A stretch of DNA of 63,701 nt, filler included, from 10 parts of 10 records of this genome joined end to end with filler, not necessarily neighbours in it, one strand, 5' to 3'. Counted from the first letter of the whole stretch, positions 1-13,562 are shown. Notes: a model not told the origin generated them from the sequence alone. Numbers and translations: made by a program.

Positions 1-14
1 GGGGTCTGTACAAT

Positions 15-3000
15 TCATTCTTCGTCCTCCTTATCTCCCAAGACAATCTCGTCCCATCTCAACTCGCTCTCCGCAGCCATATAGCTGTGTTGAGACATCC
101 TTGAGAGTTCCGTGGAAAGACGTTCTGTTCCGCGCGGCGCGTCAGACGTGAAAATTCCTCCCGTCTGTGATTCTGCCAACGTACGACGGCTGAATCGCTT
201 CACAAACAAGGCGCCTGCCTTGGAATCCTCCTTGGCAATAGCTTCGAGGCTTAGAGATTTGATGTAATGAAAGGATGCCTCGAAAACAGTCAGGTAGTAG
301 GCCATTTCACCCATGAGGCTCGAGGGATCACAGAACTCCCACATGTATCTGATGACGCCACCACTGTGAGTCGTTCAAAGAACACGAGAAGATGCAAGGT
401 CCTCATACCGACATGCTACCAGAGGCCGGTGCACTTCGCTGTGTGCAACAATGTAAATGAAAATGGGAAGGATGTCATCTCCTGTCATCTGGGACGCCTG
501 TGTCGTGTTTGCCGTGATGGATCGGGCTGCAGTGAAGATGGCCATACTGAAGGAAGGGAGGAGGTGTGAGACCCGTGCACATAGAGATGTGGTAACGCAC
601 AGCATCTCACTCGGAAGACTACACTTGTTAAGGTATCCCAATTCCACAGACGCCAAAGACCAGTTCGTGGGACTGATAAATTCTGGAGCAATCCCAAAGA
701 AGAGTTGCGGCTTGTTTCTTACCAACGCCAGGTTCTGAGCGTACTGGATTCACGGTGTCAGAAACAAGGGCATAAAAGGGTTACCCGTGTACCAATTCCT
801 CGTCTTCCCGCACTTCCTCATGAATATGGTGCAGAATCTTCGTGCATCTGTCATCCCACGTTCGTTGGTGAGTTGGATCTCCCCTCCCTCTTACACATAC
901 AAAGGTAGCAACACCGCCTTCTCGATTTGGTTGGAGATGACGTTGACCACACTGATCTTGTCCGACTCCACTGCCTAATGTGCGAAGATAGGTGTGCTGT
1001 GTGTCCGGTATTGCAAGGCGTACACACCTCGCGTGACTCCATGAAGATTTCGCGAAGTTCTGTGCGACGTGTGGCCAGCATTTTCTCAATCATTCCATCC
1101 ACAAACCTTCGATACGATGCAGCCTTGTCTTGCATGTGAGCGGATGGATGAGAATGGGGCGTGTAGCATCCTACCATTGTTTTCGTATCATCTGTTGCAT
1201 CGAAATTCTCAAGAAAGTCAGAGATTGCCCTACTCTCGTCTGATGCGTTTCTGTGCAAGAGTCTACGACAACTCGTTAGCAGGGATGTGGCACTAACTCT
1301 TCTTGTGTATACGAACTCCTCGACTGCCTTCCCTCTTTGTTGGATCTCGTAGTCTGTCGTCTGCAAAAGGGCACGCAACGAATGCGAACGAAGAAGAGGT
1401 GATACGCCCATCTTGCTCTTGCTGCCCTTCGCCCTGCCCCCTTTGAAGATTGCTGAGGCCACCGCTTGCTGTTGAGATAATGATGGCTGGAGCGGCGGGG
1501 GTTGTGGTGGTTGCGGCGACGGCACAGCTGTGGAGAGGGATGGGGATGAGACGCGACAAGATACGCAGCGCAATGTGTGCGAAACTGTTTGGCCGTCCTC
1601 CGCCTCCTGCTTCGAGGCACACAAGTTGACCCAGATCCAGCTTTTTGACAAGGTTGTTGATGTCTGTTCATGTGCCCCATGTCCCATGGTCAATAGGAAC
1701 GGAAGAGAGGGAGCCCTACCTTTTCCATAGAGTTGATACAGCCCACGAATGGCCTTGAGCTTCACCGTATGATGAAGCGAGTGACCTAACGCGTCCAGTG
1801 CTTCGCGACCACCCTCCTTGACGAATCGATCCTTTACGTCTTCATTCCCAGCCTGGTAGCAAGAGGAGAAAAGATGTACCCACCCATCCATCCACCCATC
1901 CAAACAGTAAAACTTCAACTCACCAGAGCACTAAGACAGCTGGCAATTTCCCCCTGCACACGATAGGAGCCTTCCTCTGCCAACCACACGAGCGATGAGA
2001 CGAGCCCCTCCAGAACAACGTCCACTTGGTGCGCCGCTGGTTAGAAGTTAGGGGAGGAATCTGGGCAGTATTGTTCCATCGACCCACCATTTCCCGTTGC
2101 GATGGCCGTCAGGGCACGAACCGCCTCGAATTGAGCCTGTAGAATAAAGCGTACGTCAAGATCTCATCGTAGAAGGGTCAATTCACCTCGTCGCTCGGGC
2201 AAGCAAGAAGTCCCTTGAAGAGAAGGAGGCCTCGATTGAACACAATGCGATCCGCTGTTTCCCCTACGTTCCCGCCCACATTCGTCACGTCACACCAACC
2301 CGTGTATCTCCCACAGCACCACACCAATAGCTGCAAGGTTGGCGAGACAGCGTGCACTCGCAACTCCGCAGACAACGTCGTTTGCGCGACTCCCAAGCTG
2401 AATAATGGCTGATATGGCTTCGTGGCAACACACTTCAGAAATTTCTCCAGCTGTGATCTCTGTGTGCGTACGTGTGCATTCTCATTATCATCAGAGGGAT
2501 CATACACACACACAAACACGCACCGTCCCTTGACAATTCTGCCAGAAGACGAAGGGCTTGACGTGCAATCAGGACATTCGCGTCCGAGAGAAGGGTTGCT
2601 ACCACGCGAATACCATGAAGACGAACAATCTCCATGCGATCCTTCTCTGCTCCATGTTGTGTACTGTAAGTATGGGGAGCAGAATAAAACAACGGCATCT
2701 TACCACGACTTGCGGTATCCGCCAGGCATGAAAGAGATTGCTCTTTCATTTGTGGAAGGGGAGACGACGCAATGGCTAGTACTTGACGGTTGCTCAGTTT
2801 CTCGAAAACGGTTGCGCCTGTGTGATCTATTCCTCGTAAACGTGAGGCATACGGCCCTCGTACGATTCGTTTCGTACAAACCTGGAGACATCAACTGCTC
2901 CAGTGCAGAGGATGCCAATCGATGAGTGTCCTTCTCCGTAGACTTAATGCCCAGGAGGAGAGAATCAAATCCACCATAGCGCACAAGTTGTGCTTTCTGT

Positions 3001-6000
3001 TCCGCTGCAGGAGACACCGCATCAGCGGTACACCCGCACACACCCGCACACCACAAACAAACCACTTCCAACACTAAGTTGTCCCAGGATCCTTAGCCCG
3101 GTTCCTTTCAACTGATTGTCAACGTGGGTTGCCAACAACACGATGACATCGATCGCCTTCTTTGAGAGCAGTTTCTCGTGAAGGGATGCTACCATTATGT
3201 CGTCATCATTAAGAACTCACGACCTCTCTTGAGCCACGTACGAATCTCAGCAAAACGCAAAATTAAGTCGGATGCAAACCGTTGTGTGGGAGTGTCAACT
3301 GAATAGACGAGGTTAAGAAACCATTCCACCTTTCCCTTTGTGAGAATTTTCGCCGTGAAGTACTCTGCCCATGTGAAGAGCGTGGGTGGGGGCCTATGTT
3401 GTCTCCCCTGCCTCTCCGACACACCGTTCACAGCAAGAGAACAAAGAGCAGCAGTTGCATAACGTTTCACCTCGGTGTCCTTGTGCTGAAGAAACGGGTA
3501 GAGGAGATCAATGCCCCTTCCTTCATCACACGTTCAGCATGGCGTTCTGTACCATGCGTTCTCGGTATCGTCCACCCAACACCACGCACGACCCAACTGA
3601 CCTATGCCCAGTGTCACATTGTGCAACATGTAGGCAGCTTGGCGCAAGATGTCAATGTGCTCCTTGGATGACAATAAATGAAGAAGAGCTTCAATAATTG
3701 ATGCTTCAACCATCTGAGCCACAAGAAGTGGATCTATGGGGAGATGAGGTTGGAGGGCGATGCATTTCACAGGACGACCCACTCTGTTTCTTGGAAAGCT
3801 TGGCCAAGAGGATGGCCGTGGCCGTCTTCAACCGAAGGTCGGGGGATTGCAGAAGACGAATAAGGGCTGGCAGTCCTCCTTCTCGTGCGATCTCTCCCTC
3901 TTTGTGTGCTACGCAGAAGAACAGGGTCGGAGAATGCAAGGAGGCCGGGTACAAAACCAATACGTACTCTTCTCGACACACTCTGAAAGGAAGCGCACTG
4001 CGTGGCACATGACCGATGGGACACCCGAGTCCAGAAGTGCCACCGCACGGCCGATGTCCAGATCAAGAGTGCGCATCGTCGTGTCTGAGAGAGTATATGT
4101 GGGAAAGGGGATGTCCACGTGCCTACGACGTACCCTCTCCAGTAAGAAGAACCAATGCGTCTTCAGCGGATACTTTCAGTTCGGTGTTGCTTGTGTCTCG
4201 TGAGAGCGTAGAGAGTTCATCAAGAAGACCACACTGAATGGCTGCTCTTCGTGCCGTTGCTATCGCCAAACCGCCGCCAATTACGCCGATCACCAATCAC
4301 CAATTACCAAATCAACCAACATCCGTGCGTACCACTACGGCACAGCGCCATCAATGCTGCAATAGCGTGGAGCTTCACAGGCGGTGATCCCTCCTTTACG
4401 AGTCTGGTGAGGAGACTTGTAGCACCAGCATCGGAAAGAGCCTTTTGCATTCCCACTTGAAAAAGGCAAGATGTGTTAGTGAGTGAGCCAGGAACAGACA
4501 AACAGACAGACATACTCCCGCCCAGGGCGATGTTGGCCAATGTGCGGGTGGCGTGGGCTTGAACGGGCGGGTTCATCGTATCATGTGTCTTTGAGAAGAG
4601 GCAGGGAAAGAAACGAACCATTGTGCCTGCAATTTCACCTGTGTTGGGATGCACTGGTGGTGTCAGCTTCCCAGAGAGTACACTACCAGGGGCCTATTGC
4701 GAACGGTCTTCCGCCAAGTTGGCGATGCACATCATGGATGCGAGTTGAAGAGCGGGATCCGAATCATTACAACATGAGGCAAGGATGTCAAGCCCGTTCT
4801 TCTCAATGATATCGAGACGGAAGAGATCTGTCCGAGTGTCATGCCCACCCCTGTCCATTCAATACCAACACACCGTCTTCGGTCACGAGGGCAAGCAATT
4901 TCGCTGCTTCACGCTTCACATCCCGGTGTTGTGACTGGGACATAAGACGTAACATCACGGACAATCCGCCTGACTGCACGAATACCATCCGCTCTTCCAC
5001 TGTCCAACCACAGAGGATCAGAATGATGAAATACACAGAGGCGGGACGAACCATCATCAAGGGCACGTGCGCCAATGGCAAGGACAGCGGTCGGAACCAC
5101 GTCCACCAGATCGGAACGTGCGAGATGGACCAGATTCTCTATATTCATGTTCTGCAGGGTGGCCTCGCGATCTGTTCACACAATGAGGCGGGCAGGTCTG
5201 CTTGGTTCCCGCATGGACATTGTACCTTCACCGAGAAGGTGCCTGAGGGCAGCAATCGCCATTGCTGCTGTCCTATCCTCTGCTTCCTTGGCCTGGATAA
5301 TGTACCGCACAACAGGCGAAAGACAAGAGCTCGTGCCCAGCCACTTCCTCCCCAATTCTGTTCCACAACCGATGAGGAGATTGACAGCCAGACTTTCTTC
5401 CTGACGTACGTATCTCTGCCAGGTGATAGACTGTTCGTATAGCCTCACGTTGAACCATTGCATCCTCTGCGTGACACAATCGGCCAAGACTGTCCAGGGA
5501 CTCAAAGACACGAACACCCAGGCGTCCCACTTTCAAGATTCAAGAGCATTACCTTACAATCAACGTCATCTGTGCGTCTTACCTGCGGTGCAAATTGTGT
5601 TTGCTAGAGCGCGTGTTCCTTGCCAGACAATCTTTTTGTCTTCATGTGACACAAGTGTTGTTAGAATGGGAAAGAGCAGCTCCATGTTCAACTTCTCACA
5701 ACAATCAACTGGGGAAAAGAGTGTGTCAATACAGTGCATAGATAGGAAAACACACACACCTGTATCCGTGAGGTTCGCCAACGTCATGGCTACGTAAAAG
5801 GCAACAACACGATCATGGATGGCAGCCAAGCGAAAAAGGTGTGTTGCATTGGCAGGGGCTCCACAGAACTCCTCTCGTACGATCCCTTGAAAGGTGTTAT
5901 GGATGAAGAGAGTGCTAGGATGGAAACGCGTACCATAGACTGTCAAAGAAGCCAAACACATTGTAGCACGCTGCGCTACATGAAGTGTTTGTTGCATCGC

Positions 6001-6391
6001 CGCCATACGCAGGAGGATCGGGACACCGTTGGCACAGACGGCCTGACTGGCTGCAGCGGACGCATCTACACCCTTGGCACTTATTATAGCATGAAGAGCA
6101 TCCAAGGTAGGCCCTGCAACTTTGACAAGACCCGTGCGTAGGAGATGGAAGAGGTGTGAAACAGGCAATGGAGCAAGAAGGGATGCTGAAATCACGAGGG
6201 TGTGAGCTACGACCTCTCCTTCGGGACGAACTAGTCCGTACGATGATCAGCGACGGTACAGAGGATGGTTGAAGCGAGTCGGTTGACGTCGACATCCTTT
6301 GCGTTCGACAATGCAACAAGAACTTCGAGGCTGGCTGGGCGGGAGACAAGTCTTCGACATGTTTCATCTTGTGTTTCATCACGTAAACTCC
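15..6391 (-). CDS. Eukaryotic multi-exon armadillo-repeat protein with C-terminal VPS9 (Rab5-family GEF) domain; 5' truncated, exons not fully resolved
   Basis: Minus-strand exon fragments read as ARM repeats (IAREGGLPALIRLLQSPD, LVRYGGFDSLLLGI, FVKEGGREALDAL, VQAHATRTLANIAL). C-terminal TGDDILPIFIYIV and GEMAYYLTVFEASFHYI are VPS9 motifs. Frames switch at short GT..AG introns. Confidence 0.75.
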
Positions 6392-6491
6392 NNNNNNNNN
6401 NNNNNNNNNNNNNNNNNNNNNNNNNNNNNNNNNNNTTAATTAATTAANNNNNNNNNNNNNNNNNNNNNNNNNNNNNNNNNNNNNNNNNNNN
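6392..6491. other. Artificial contig linker (N-run, TTAATTAATTAA, N-run). Others at 12375-12474, 18159-18258, 23936-24035, 29908-30007, 36930-37029, 44918-45017, 52533-52632, 58543-58642
   Basis: Identical 100-nt spacer with stops in all six frames; composition and gene style change abruptly across it. Confidence 0.99.
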
Positions 6492-7163
6492 CTCGGTTTG
6501 CCGGGCACATCGCGTGCAGCAGAAGAAGCGATGATTGCGAGGGATGTGATTCTGGCTGAAACCTATGGGCTAAGCGTACACATACAGCATGTTTCCACAC
6601 GCGGCGGCATCGAGATTATCCGCGCGGCAAAAAAACGCGGTGTCAATGTGACGTGCGAGAGCGCGCCGCATTACTTCTCTGCGGATGACAGCATGTGTGC
6701 GGGCTACGATGCGCGCACGAAAGTAAACCCGCCGCTGAGGACGAATGATGATATGATAGCGGTTAAAGATGGCTTCATGGACGGCACGATTGACTGCATC
6801 GCAACAGATCATGCGCCGCACCACAAAGATGAGAAGAACATCGAGTTTGCGCTCGCGGCATTCGGTATATCCGGCTTTGAGAGTGCGTTTTCGCTTGCGG
6901 TCACGAACCTAACGGACGACGCAGACAAGCTGGCGACGCTTTTCTCGGTCAATCCTGCAAAGATTATCTGTAAAGACAGTGGTATAATAAAAGAAGGCGC
7001 GGCGGCGGACATCACAATTGCGAATCTTGATGCAGAGTACGTATTTAGCGAAGAGCAAATGATATCAAAAGGCAAAAACTCGCCGTTCATCGGTCAGACG
7101 TTGAAAGGTGTTGTGACACAGACGATTGTAGATGGTAAGGTAGTATACAGCAAGGAGATATAA
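6492..7163 (+). CDS. pyrC: Dihydroorotase, 5' truncated
   Basis: HIQHVST, ESAPHY, KVNPPLR, IATDHAPH, SKGKNSPF motifs; pyr operon context. Confidence 0.95.
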   Translation, partial: LGLPGTSRAAEEAMIARDVILAETYGLSVHIQHVSTRGGIEIIRAAKKRGVNVTCESAPHYFSADDSMCAGYDARTKVNPPLRTNDDMIAVKDGFMDGTIDCIATDHAPHHKDEKNIEFALAAFGISGFESAFSLAVTNLTDDADKLATLFSVNPAKIICKDSGIIKEGAAADITIANLDAEYVFSEEQMISKGKNSPFIGQTLKGVVTQTIVDGKVVYSKEI

Positions 7164-8060
7164 ATGGTCATCGACAGACTATGCGAAGCGATAAAAAGAA
7201 CGCAGTGCCCTATATGTGTAGGGCTGGATACGGACTACGGTTACTTAAATGGGGACTACGAGGTAGAGTCTGATCGGGCGACAAATGCAGAAAAAGCGTC
7301 GGCGATATATAGATTCAATTGCGATATAGTAGACGCAATTGCGGGTGTTGTGCCGTCTGTTAAAGTACAGGCCGCGTATTACGAGCAGTACGGCGCGTAC
7401 GGTATGAAGTGTTTTCTTGATACGATGCAATACGCTTCAGACAACGGGATGATCGTGATTGCGGACGTGAAGCGTAATGACATAGGCTCAACTGCCAAGG
7501 CGTATTCGACGGCATATTTGAGAAACAGTGCGGCAGATTTCATTACGGTGAATGCATACCTTGGAATTGACGGCATCCAGCCGTTTCTCGATGACTGTAA
7601 AGAAACGGGCAAAGGTATATTCGCGCTTGTGAAAACGTCTAATCCGTCGGGGGGCGAGTTCCAAGATCTTAATGTTGACGGTCAGAAACTATACCAGACA
7701 GTGGCGGATAAGGTGAATGAGTGGGGACAAGAACTTGTGGGTGAGAATGGCTATAGCAGTGTTGGAGCTGTTGTCGGTGCGACGTATCCGCAACAGGCAG
7801 AGGAATTACGTATACGCATGAGAAATACATTCTTCCTTGTTCCAGGCTATGGTGCACAGGGGGCAGGCGCGGATGATATTGCTGTGAATTTTGACGAAAC
7901 TGGGCTTGGCGCGGTTGTAAACTCGTCGCGTGGTATACTGTTAGCATATAAAAAAGAAGCATATGCGGGGCTTAGCGTTCCAGAAGCGGCTCGGCAGGCC
8001 ACGATTGATATGAAACAAGATATCTTTGCGGCGCTGAAACGGCGCGGCATTAATTTATAA
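7164..8060 (+). CDS. pyrF: Orotidine-5'-phosphate decarboxylase
   Basis: CVGLD, DVKRNDIGST, KTSNP, LVPGYGAQG, VNSSRGI. Confidence 0.96.
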   Translation: MVIDRLCEAIKRTQCPICVGLDTDYGYLNGDYEVESDRATNAEKASAIYRFNCDIVDAIAGVVPSVKVQAAYYEQYGAYGMKCFLDTMQYASDNGMIVIADVKRNDIGSTAKAYSTAYLRNSAADFITVNAYLGIDGIQPFLDDCKETGKGIFALVKTSNPSGGEFQDLNVDGQKLYQTVADKVNEWGQELVGENGYSSVGAVVGATYPQQAEELRIRMRNTFFLVPGYGAQGAGADDIAVNFDETGLGAVVNSSRGILLAYKKEAYAGLSVPEAARQATIDMKQDIFAALKRRGINL

Positions 8061-8083
8061 AAAGGTTTGGGAGGAGAGTTGAT

Positions 8084-9139
8084 ATGGCAATTCTCACATT
8101 GGAAGACGGTACAAGATTCCAAGGTAAATGTTTCGGAGCGGAAAAGGATATCACCGGCGAAGTTGTGTTCAATACGGGTATGACGGGCTATCAGGAGGTG
8201 CTGACCGATCCGTCGTATTGCGGGCAGATTGTAACGATGACGTATCCGCTAATCGGTAATTACGGTGTCAACGAAATTGATCCTGAGTCCGTGCATCCTC
8301 AGGTGAGCGGGTTTATCGTACGCGAGGTATGCGAAACGCCGTCCAACTGGCGCAGCGAGGGAGACCTCAGCGCATATCTAAAGAAGCATAGTATTTGCGG
8401 CATATACGATATCGATACGCGTGCGCTGACGCGTATCATACGTGAAAGAGGGACGATGCGCGGCATTATTACGATGGACGAGCCATCGGCTGAGCAAATT
8501 GAGCATATGAAGGCGTATGAATGGAAGCTGCCCGTCGACCGTGTTACATGTGAAGAGAAATATAAATACTGCGATGGTGACCTAAATGTGGCGGTGCTCG
8601 ACTTTGGTTTAAAGCGAAATATCATACGCAGCTTGGAAAAACGCGGTTGTGCGGTGACGGTATTTCCTGCGAGAACGAAACCGCAGGAGATTTTGGGCGG
8701 CGGTTTTGACGGTGTCATGCTGACAAACGGGCCCGGAGACCCGAAGGACAATACGGAGGTTATTAAAAACATAAAAGCACTTATCGGGGAAAAACCGATT
8801 TTCGGCATCTGCCTTGGGCATCAGCTTCTTGCGCTGGCGATGGGAGCGGATACCGAGAAGCTGAAGTATGGACACCGTGGTGCAAACCACCCGGTCAAAG
8901 ACATTGAAAAAGATCGTGTATACATTACGTCACAGAATCACGGATATACCATCGTTGAAGACACGCTTCCGGAAGGTCTTGAAGTGAGCCATCGGAACTG
9001 GAACGATATGACGATTGAAGGTATCAGGTATACGAAACAAGATATGTTCACCGTACAGTTTCATCCCGAAGCGGCACCAGGCCCTGAAGACACGGCATAT
9101 TTGTTTGACGAATTTATTGAAACGATGAGGAATCAATAA
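8084..9139 (+). CDS. carA: Carbamoyl-phosphate synthase small subunit
   Basis: GEVVFNTGMTGYQEVLTDPSY, GICLGHQ, QFHPEAAPGP; GGAGG RBS. Confidence 0.98.
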   Translation: MAILTLEDGTRFQGKCFGAEKDITGEVVFNTGMTGYQEVLTDPSYCGQIVTMTYPLIGNYGVNEIDPESVHPQVSGFIVREVCETPSNWRSEGDLSAYLKKHSICGIYDIDTRALTRIIRERGTMRGIITMDEPSAEQIEHMKAYEWKLPVDRVTCEEKYKYCDGDLNVAVLDFGLKRNIIRSLEKRGCAVTVFPARTKPQEILGGGFDGVMLTNGPGDPKDNTEVIKNIKALIGEKPIFGICLGHQLLALAMGADTEKLKYGHRGANHPVKDIEKDRVYITSQNHGYTIVEDTLPEGLEVSHRNWNDMTIEGIRYTKQDMFTVQFHPEAAPGPEDTAYLFDEFIETMRNQ

Positions 9140-12100
9140 TGCCGCTGAATAAAGAGATAAAGAAGGTATTAGTCATCGGAAGCGGCCCGATAATTATTGG
9201 GCAGGCTGCTGAATTTGATTATGCAGGGACGCAGGCATGTCGCGCGCTGCGAGAAGAAGGCATTGAAGTGGTGCTTGTTAATTCCAACCCCGCGACGATT
9301 ATGACGGACAGTGAAATTGCCGACAAGGTATACATTGAACCGCTGACCGTGAATGTGATTGAAAACATTATCATTAAAGAAAAGCCTGACAGCATGCTGG
9401 CAACGCTTGGTGGGCAAACGGGGCTCAATCTTGCGATGGAGTTATTTGAACAAGGAATTCTAGCTAAGCATAACTTGGTGCTTCTTGGTACGGACGCTCA
9501 TTCCATCAAACGTGCAGAGGGCCGCGAAGAGTTCAAAGAACTGATGGAAGAGATCGGTGAGCCGATCATTGAAAGCGAGATATCGACATCACCGAAAGAA
9601 TCACTTGCGTTTGCAGCCAAGCACGGCTATCCGCTCATCGTGCGTCCGGCGTTTACGCTCGGCGGAACAGGCGGTGGCATTGCCAAAAACGAAGAAGAGC
9701 TGATCGAGATTACCAAGAGTGGTGTAAGAGCATCGCGTGTCGGCGAAGTGCTGATCGAAAAGAGTGTTGCGGGTTATAAAGAAGTCGAGTACGAAGTCAT
9801 TCGTGACGCGAAGGGCAACTGCATTACCGTTTGCAACATGGAGAACGTCGACCCTGTAGGCATACACACGGGTGACAGCATCGTCATTGCGCCGTCTCAG
9901 ACGCTGCGCGATACGGAATACCAGCTGCTCCGAACGGCATCGCTGAATATCATCAACGCGCTCGAAATCAAAGGCGGCTGCAACGTGCAGTTTGCGCTTG
10001 ATACGGACAGTATGCAATATTACGTAATTGAGGTTAACCCCCGTGTCAGCCGATCCTCCGCGCTGGCGTCCAAAGCGACTGGCTATCCTATCGCCAAAAT
10101 TGCGGCGAAAATCGCAATTGGCTACGGCATGGATGAAATCGAGAACGGTGTAACGGGTAAGACTTTTGCTTGCTTTGAACCGACGCTGGACTATGTAGTA
10201 GTTAAGTTCCCGCGCTGGCCTTTTGATAAGTTCACTGATGCAGATAAGAAGCTAGGAACAAAGATGAAAGCGACCGGCGAGGTTATGTCTATCGGTTCAA
10301 ACTTCGAAGCCGCTTTTTTAAAAGCAGTACGCTCACTGGAGCTAAAGCTCTATTCGCTTGAATTTCCGTTTGCGGACGGATATACGGACGACGAGCTGAT
10401 AGAGAAGATTTTGGAACAGGACGATGATCGTATATTTCTCGTCGCCACGGCGATTCGTCGCGGTATCTCAATCGACCGTATTCACGAACTGACGAAAATC
10501 GATATATGGTTCTTATCGAAATTCAAAGCCATTATTGATATGGAAAAAGAAATTATCGCGCAGGGAGAAAAAGCCTTGTGCTTCAATACGCTGAAAAAAG
10601 CGAAACGAATGGGGTTTTCAGATTTTGCGATAGCAAATTTCGTAGGCAAGAATGAGCAGGAGATTCGGCAAACGCGTCTTGATTTTGGTATTCGCGCAAC
10701 GTTTAAGATGGTTGACACATGCGGTGCGGAGTTTGACGCGGTCAGCCCGTACTACTATTCCACATATGATCAGGAAAACGAAGCAGAAGCACCGAAAAAC
10801 AAAACCATTGTTGTGCTAGGCAGCGGTCCAATCCGTATCGGGCAGGGTATAGAGTTCGACTACTGCAGTGTTCACTGTATATGGGCGTTGAAGGAGGCGG
10901 GATACGATACCGTCATTATCAACAACAATCCCGAAACAGTGTCAACGGACTTTGACACGTCGGACAGATTATATTTCGAACCACTTACCAGAGAGGACGT
11001 AGGCAACGTCTTGGAGCAGGAGAAGCCAGACGGCGTTGTTGTGCAGTTCGGCGGGCAGACTGCGATCAAATTGGCGAAGCATGTACAGGAGATGGGGTAT
11101 CAAATCATCGGAACGAGTCTAGAGAGCATCAACCGCGCGGAAGACCGTGAAGAGTTCGAAGCATTGCTTGAGTCGCTAAGTGTCAACCGTCCGAAGGCGC
11201 GCACCGTATTCACGGAAGACGAAGCCGCTAGTGCTGCAGAGGAACTAGGGTTTCCCGTGCTAGTACGTCCGTCGTATGTGCTTGGCGGGCAGGGGATGGA
11301 AATTGCATGGAAGGAAGACGGTATACGTGAATACATGCGTATTATCGGCAGATATGAGCAGGAGCATCCCGTCCTTGTCGACAAGTATATGACCGGCCTC
11401 GAAATCGAGGTAGACGCTATCAGCGATGGAAAGAATATACTCATTCCCGGTATTATGGAACACATTGAGCGTGCGGGTGTGCATTCGGGCGACTCGATCT
11501 CCGTATACCCGGCAAGAAGACTGACGGACGCACAGGAAAACGAAATCATTCAAATTACCGAAAAGCTGGCGCTTGCGCTAGATGTTAAAGGAATCGTAAA
11601 CATACAATACGTGTTGTCGGGCGGAGAAATCTACGTGATTGAAGTCAATCCAAGGTCGAGCCGTACCGTGCCGTATATATCCAAGGTGACGGGGGTGCCG
11701 ATGATAGCGCTTGCGGTACGCACATCGCTTGGGCAGCCGCTTGCGGACATGGGTTACGGTACAGGGCTTTTCCCGAAGCGCGGTATTACCGCTGTTAAGG
11801 TGCCGGTGTTCTCGTTCGAGAAGCTGCCGGAGGTTGAGGTCGGCCTTGGCCCCGAGATGAAATCGACCGGCGAGGTTCTCGGCGTATCGGAGGACTATTC
11901 CGAAGCGTTGCTCAAAGGGCTGATTGCGTCGGGCATCGCGCTGCCCAAAGAGGCGGGGAAGGTGTTGTTGACCGTCTCGGACAATGATAAGCAGGAACTC
12001 ATTTCTATCGCCGCCGTGCTTGATTATCTCGGATACGACATCTACGCTACGCCCGGTACGGCACATGTGTTGAATTTCAACTACGTTGCAGCAAACACAG

Positions 12101-12374
12101 TTCCGAAGCTCAGTAAAGATAATAAAGGCATCACAGAACTCTTCGAAAGCGGCGATCTCAAGATGATACTCAACACACCGACGAGAGGAAGACGAGCAAG
12201 CAGAGACGGATTTCGGCTGAGACGCTTCGCGGTCGAGCACCGCATACCTTGTGTTACTTCGCTCGATACGGTACGCGTGCTGCTGCAGAGCATGAAGCTT
12301 GGGAAAACTGATAAGGACATTGAACCTATCAGTCTGTTTGATATCAAAAACCAACCCGCTTATGTTCCATCGTC
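9139..12374 (+). CDS. carB: Carbamoyl-phosphate synthase large subunit; stop not reached
   Basis: GSGPIIIGQAAEFDY and GSGPIRIGQGIEFDY halves, two ATP-grasp domains, MGS domain; TAATG coupling to carA. Confidence 0.98.
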
Positions 12375-12474
12375 NNNNNNNNNNNNNNNNNNNNNNNNNN
12401 NNNNNNNNNNNNNNNNNNTTAATTAATTAANNNNNNNNNNNNNNNNNNNNNNNNNNNNNNNNNNNNNNNNNNNN

Positions 12475-13051
12475 TTTTCGGCCAAATCTATAAGCTCTAA
12501 TGTGTTTTCGCAAGTATCTAAGCTCTGCATCTTATTATGGTCAACTATAACGGTTAGGTTATTTAGCTTATAATGATTAGCCAAAAGAGCCATCTCCCAA
12601 ATACTGCCTTCATTGCATTCGCCATCGCCAACTATGGTATATACGTGTACGTCACTTCTGCTTTTTTAAGTGCCATTGCTTTTCCAGATGCAACGCAAGC
12701 GCCGTGACCTAAAGAACCTGTAGAAAATTCTATACCAGGTATTCCTTTGTGAGAAACATGACCAGAAAGCCTGCTTCCATCTGCACAATGTGTTAAAAGC
12801 TCGTCTACCTCGATAAACCCCATTTCGGCTATAGCGGCATAAAGACCAGCTCCTGCGTGTCCTTTAGAAAGTATGAACCTATCGTTATCTTTGCTGTCAG
12901 GGTCGTTTTTATCGTATTTTAATACATCGTTATAAAGCACGGCAATAATATCCGCCATAGAAAGCACACAAGCTATGTGTGATCCGCCAGAAACATGTGT
13001 CATTTCAATAGCATGGCGTCTTATCTTCCAAGAAAGCTCATTACTTGTCAT
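12475..13051 (-). CDS. Transketolase N-terminal (TPP-binding) subunit; frameshift near 12665, 3' truncated
   Basis: DRFILSKGH and STGSLGHG; after adding one A to the A-run the frame continues VGDGECNEGSIWE. Confidence 0.9.
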
Positions 13052-13106
13052 TTTACTATCATCCTTTCGTAAGCAAAAAATATTGTATATAAATCTTTTA
13101 TATTAT

Positions 13107-13562
13107 TTATCCTTTAAGTGCCCAAAACTTTATCAAGCAAAAGTTTATTGGCGTTGTGATACATACATTTATTAAAGGAGCAAGTCCTTCGCTAATACCT
13201 AACTTTTCTATAAACAAATACAAAAGTGCTATATTTAACAAAAAAGTTGAACCGTATACTATAAATGTTTTCACAGCATGCTTTACATCAGAGTCTTCCT
13301 GTTTTCTATCAGCCTTAAAAACAAATCTACTGTTCCAATAATATGCGTTTAATATGCTTATAACAAATCCCAGAACGCCACCTAAAATATATAAGTCTTT
13401 GTTTATCCAAATAACAAAATAATAAACAGCAAGATAAATAAGGGTGTTTACAACCCCAACAATGCCAAAGCCGACAGCTTGAGCAATAAACTTTATTAAT
13501 TTGTTTTCAGAATGTGTATATTTTTCTATAAACTCAGCAAGGCTACCTAGTAAGCTTTTCAT
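13107..13562 (-). CDS. GtrA-family membrane protein
   Basis: FGIVGVVNT, NAYYWNSRFVF, INFCLIKFW; four hydrophobic segments. Confidence 0.9.
   Translation of the reverse strand: MKSLLGSLAEFIEKYTHSENKLIKFIAQAVGFGIVGVVNTLIYLAVYYFVIWINKDLYILGGVLGFVISILNAYYWNSRFVFKADRKQEDSDVKHAVKTFIVYGSTFLLNIALLYLFIEKLGISEGLAPLINVCITTPINFCLIKFWALKG

Noticed and set aside
6492-12374. Regulatory or unusual features in the pyr-car operon
   Set aside because: Ordinary housekeeping genes; the leader region is outside the contig
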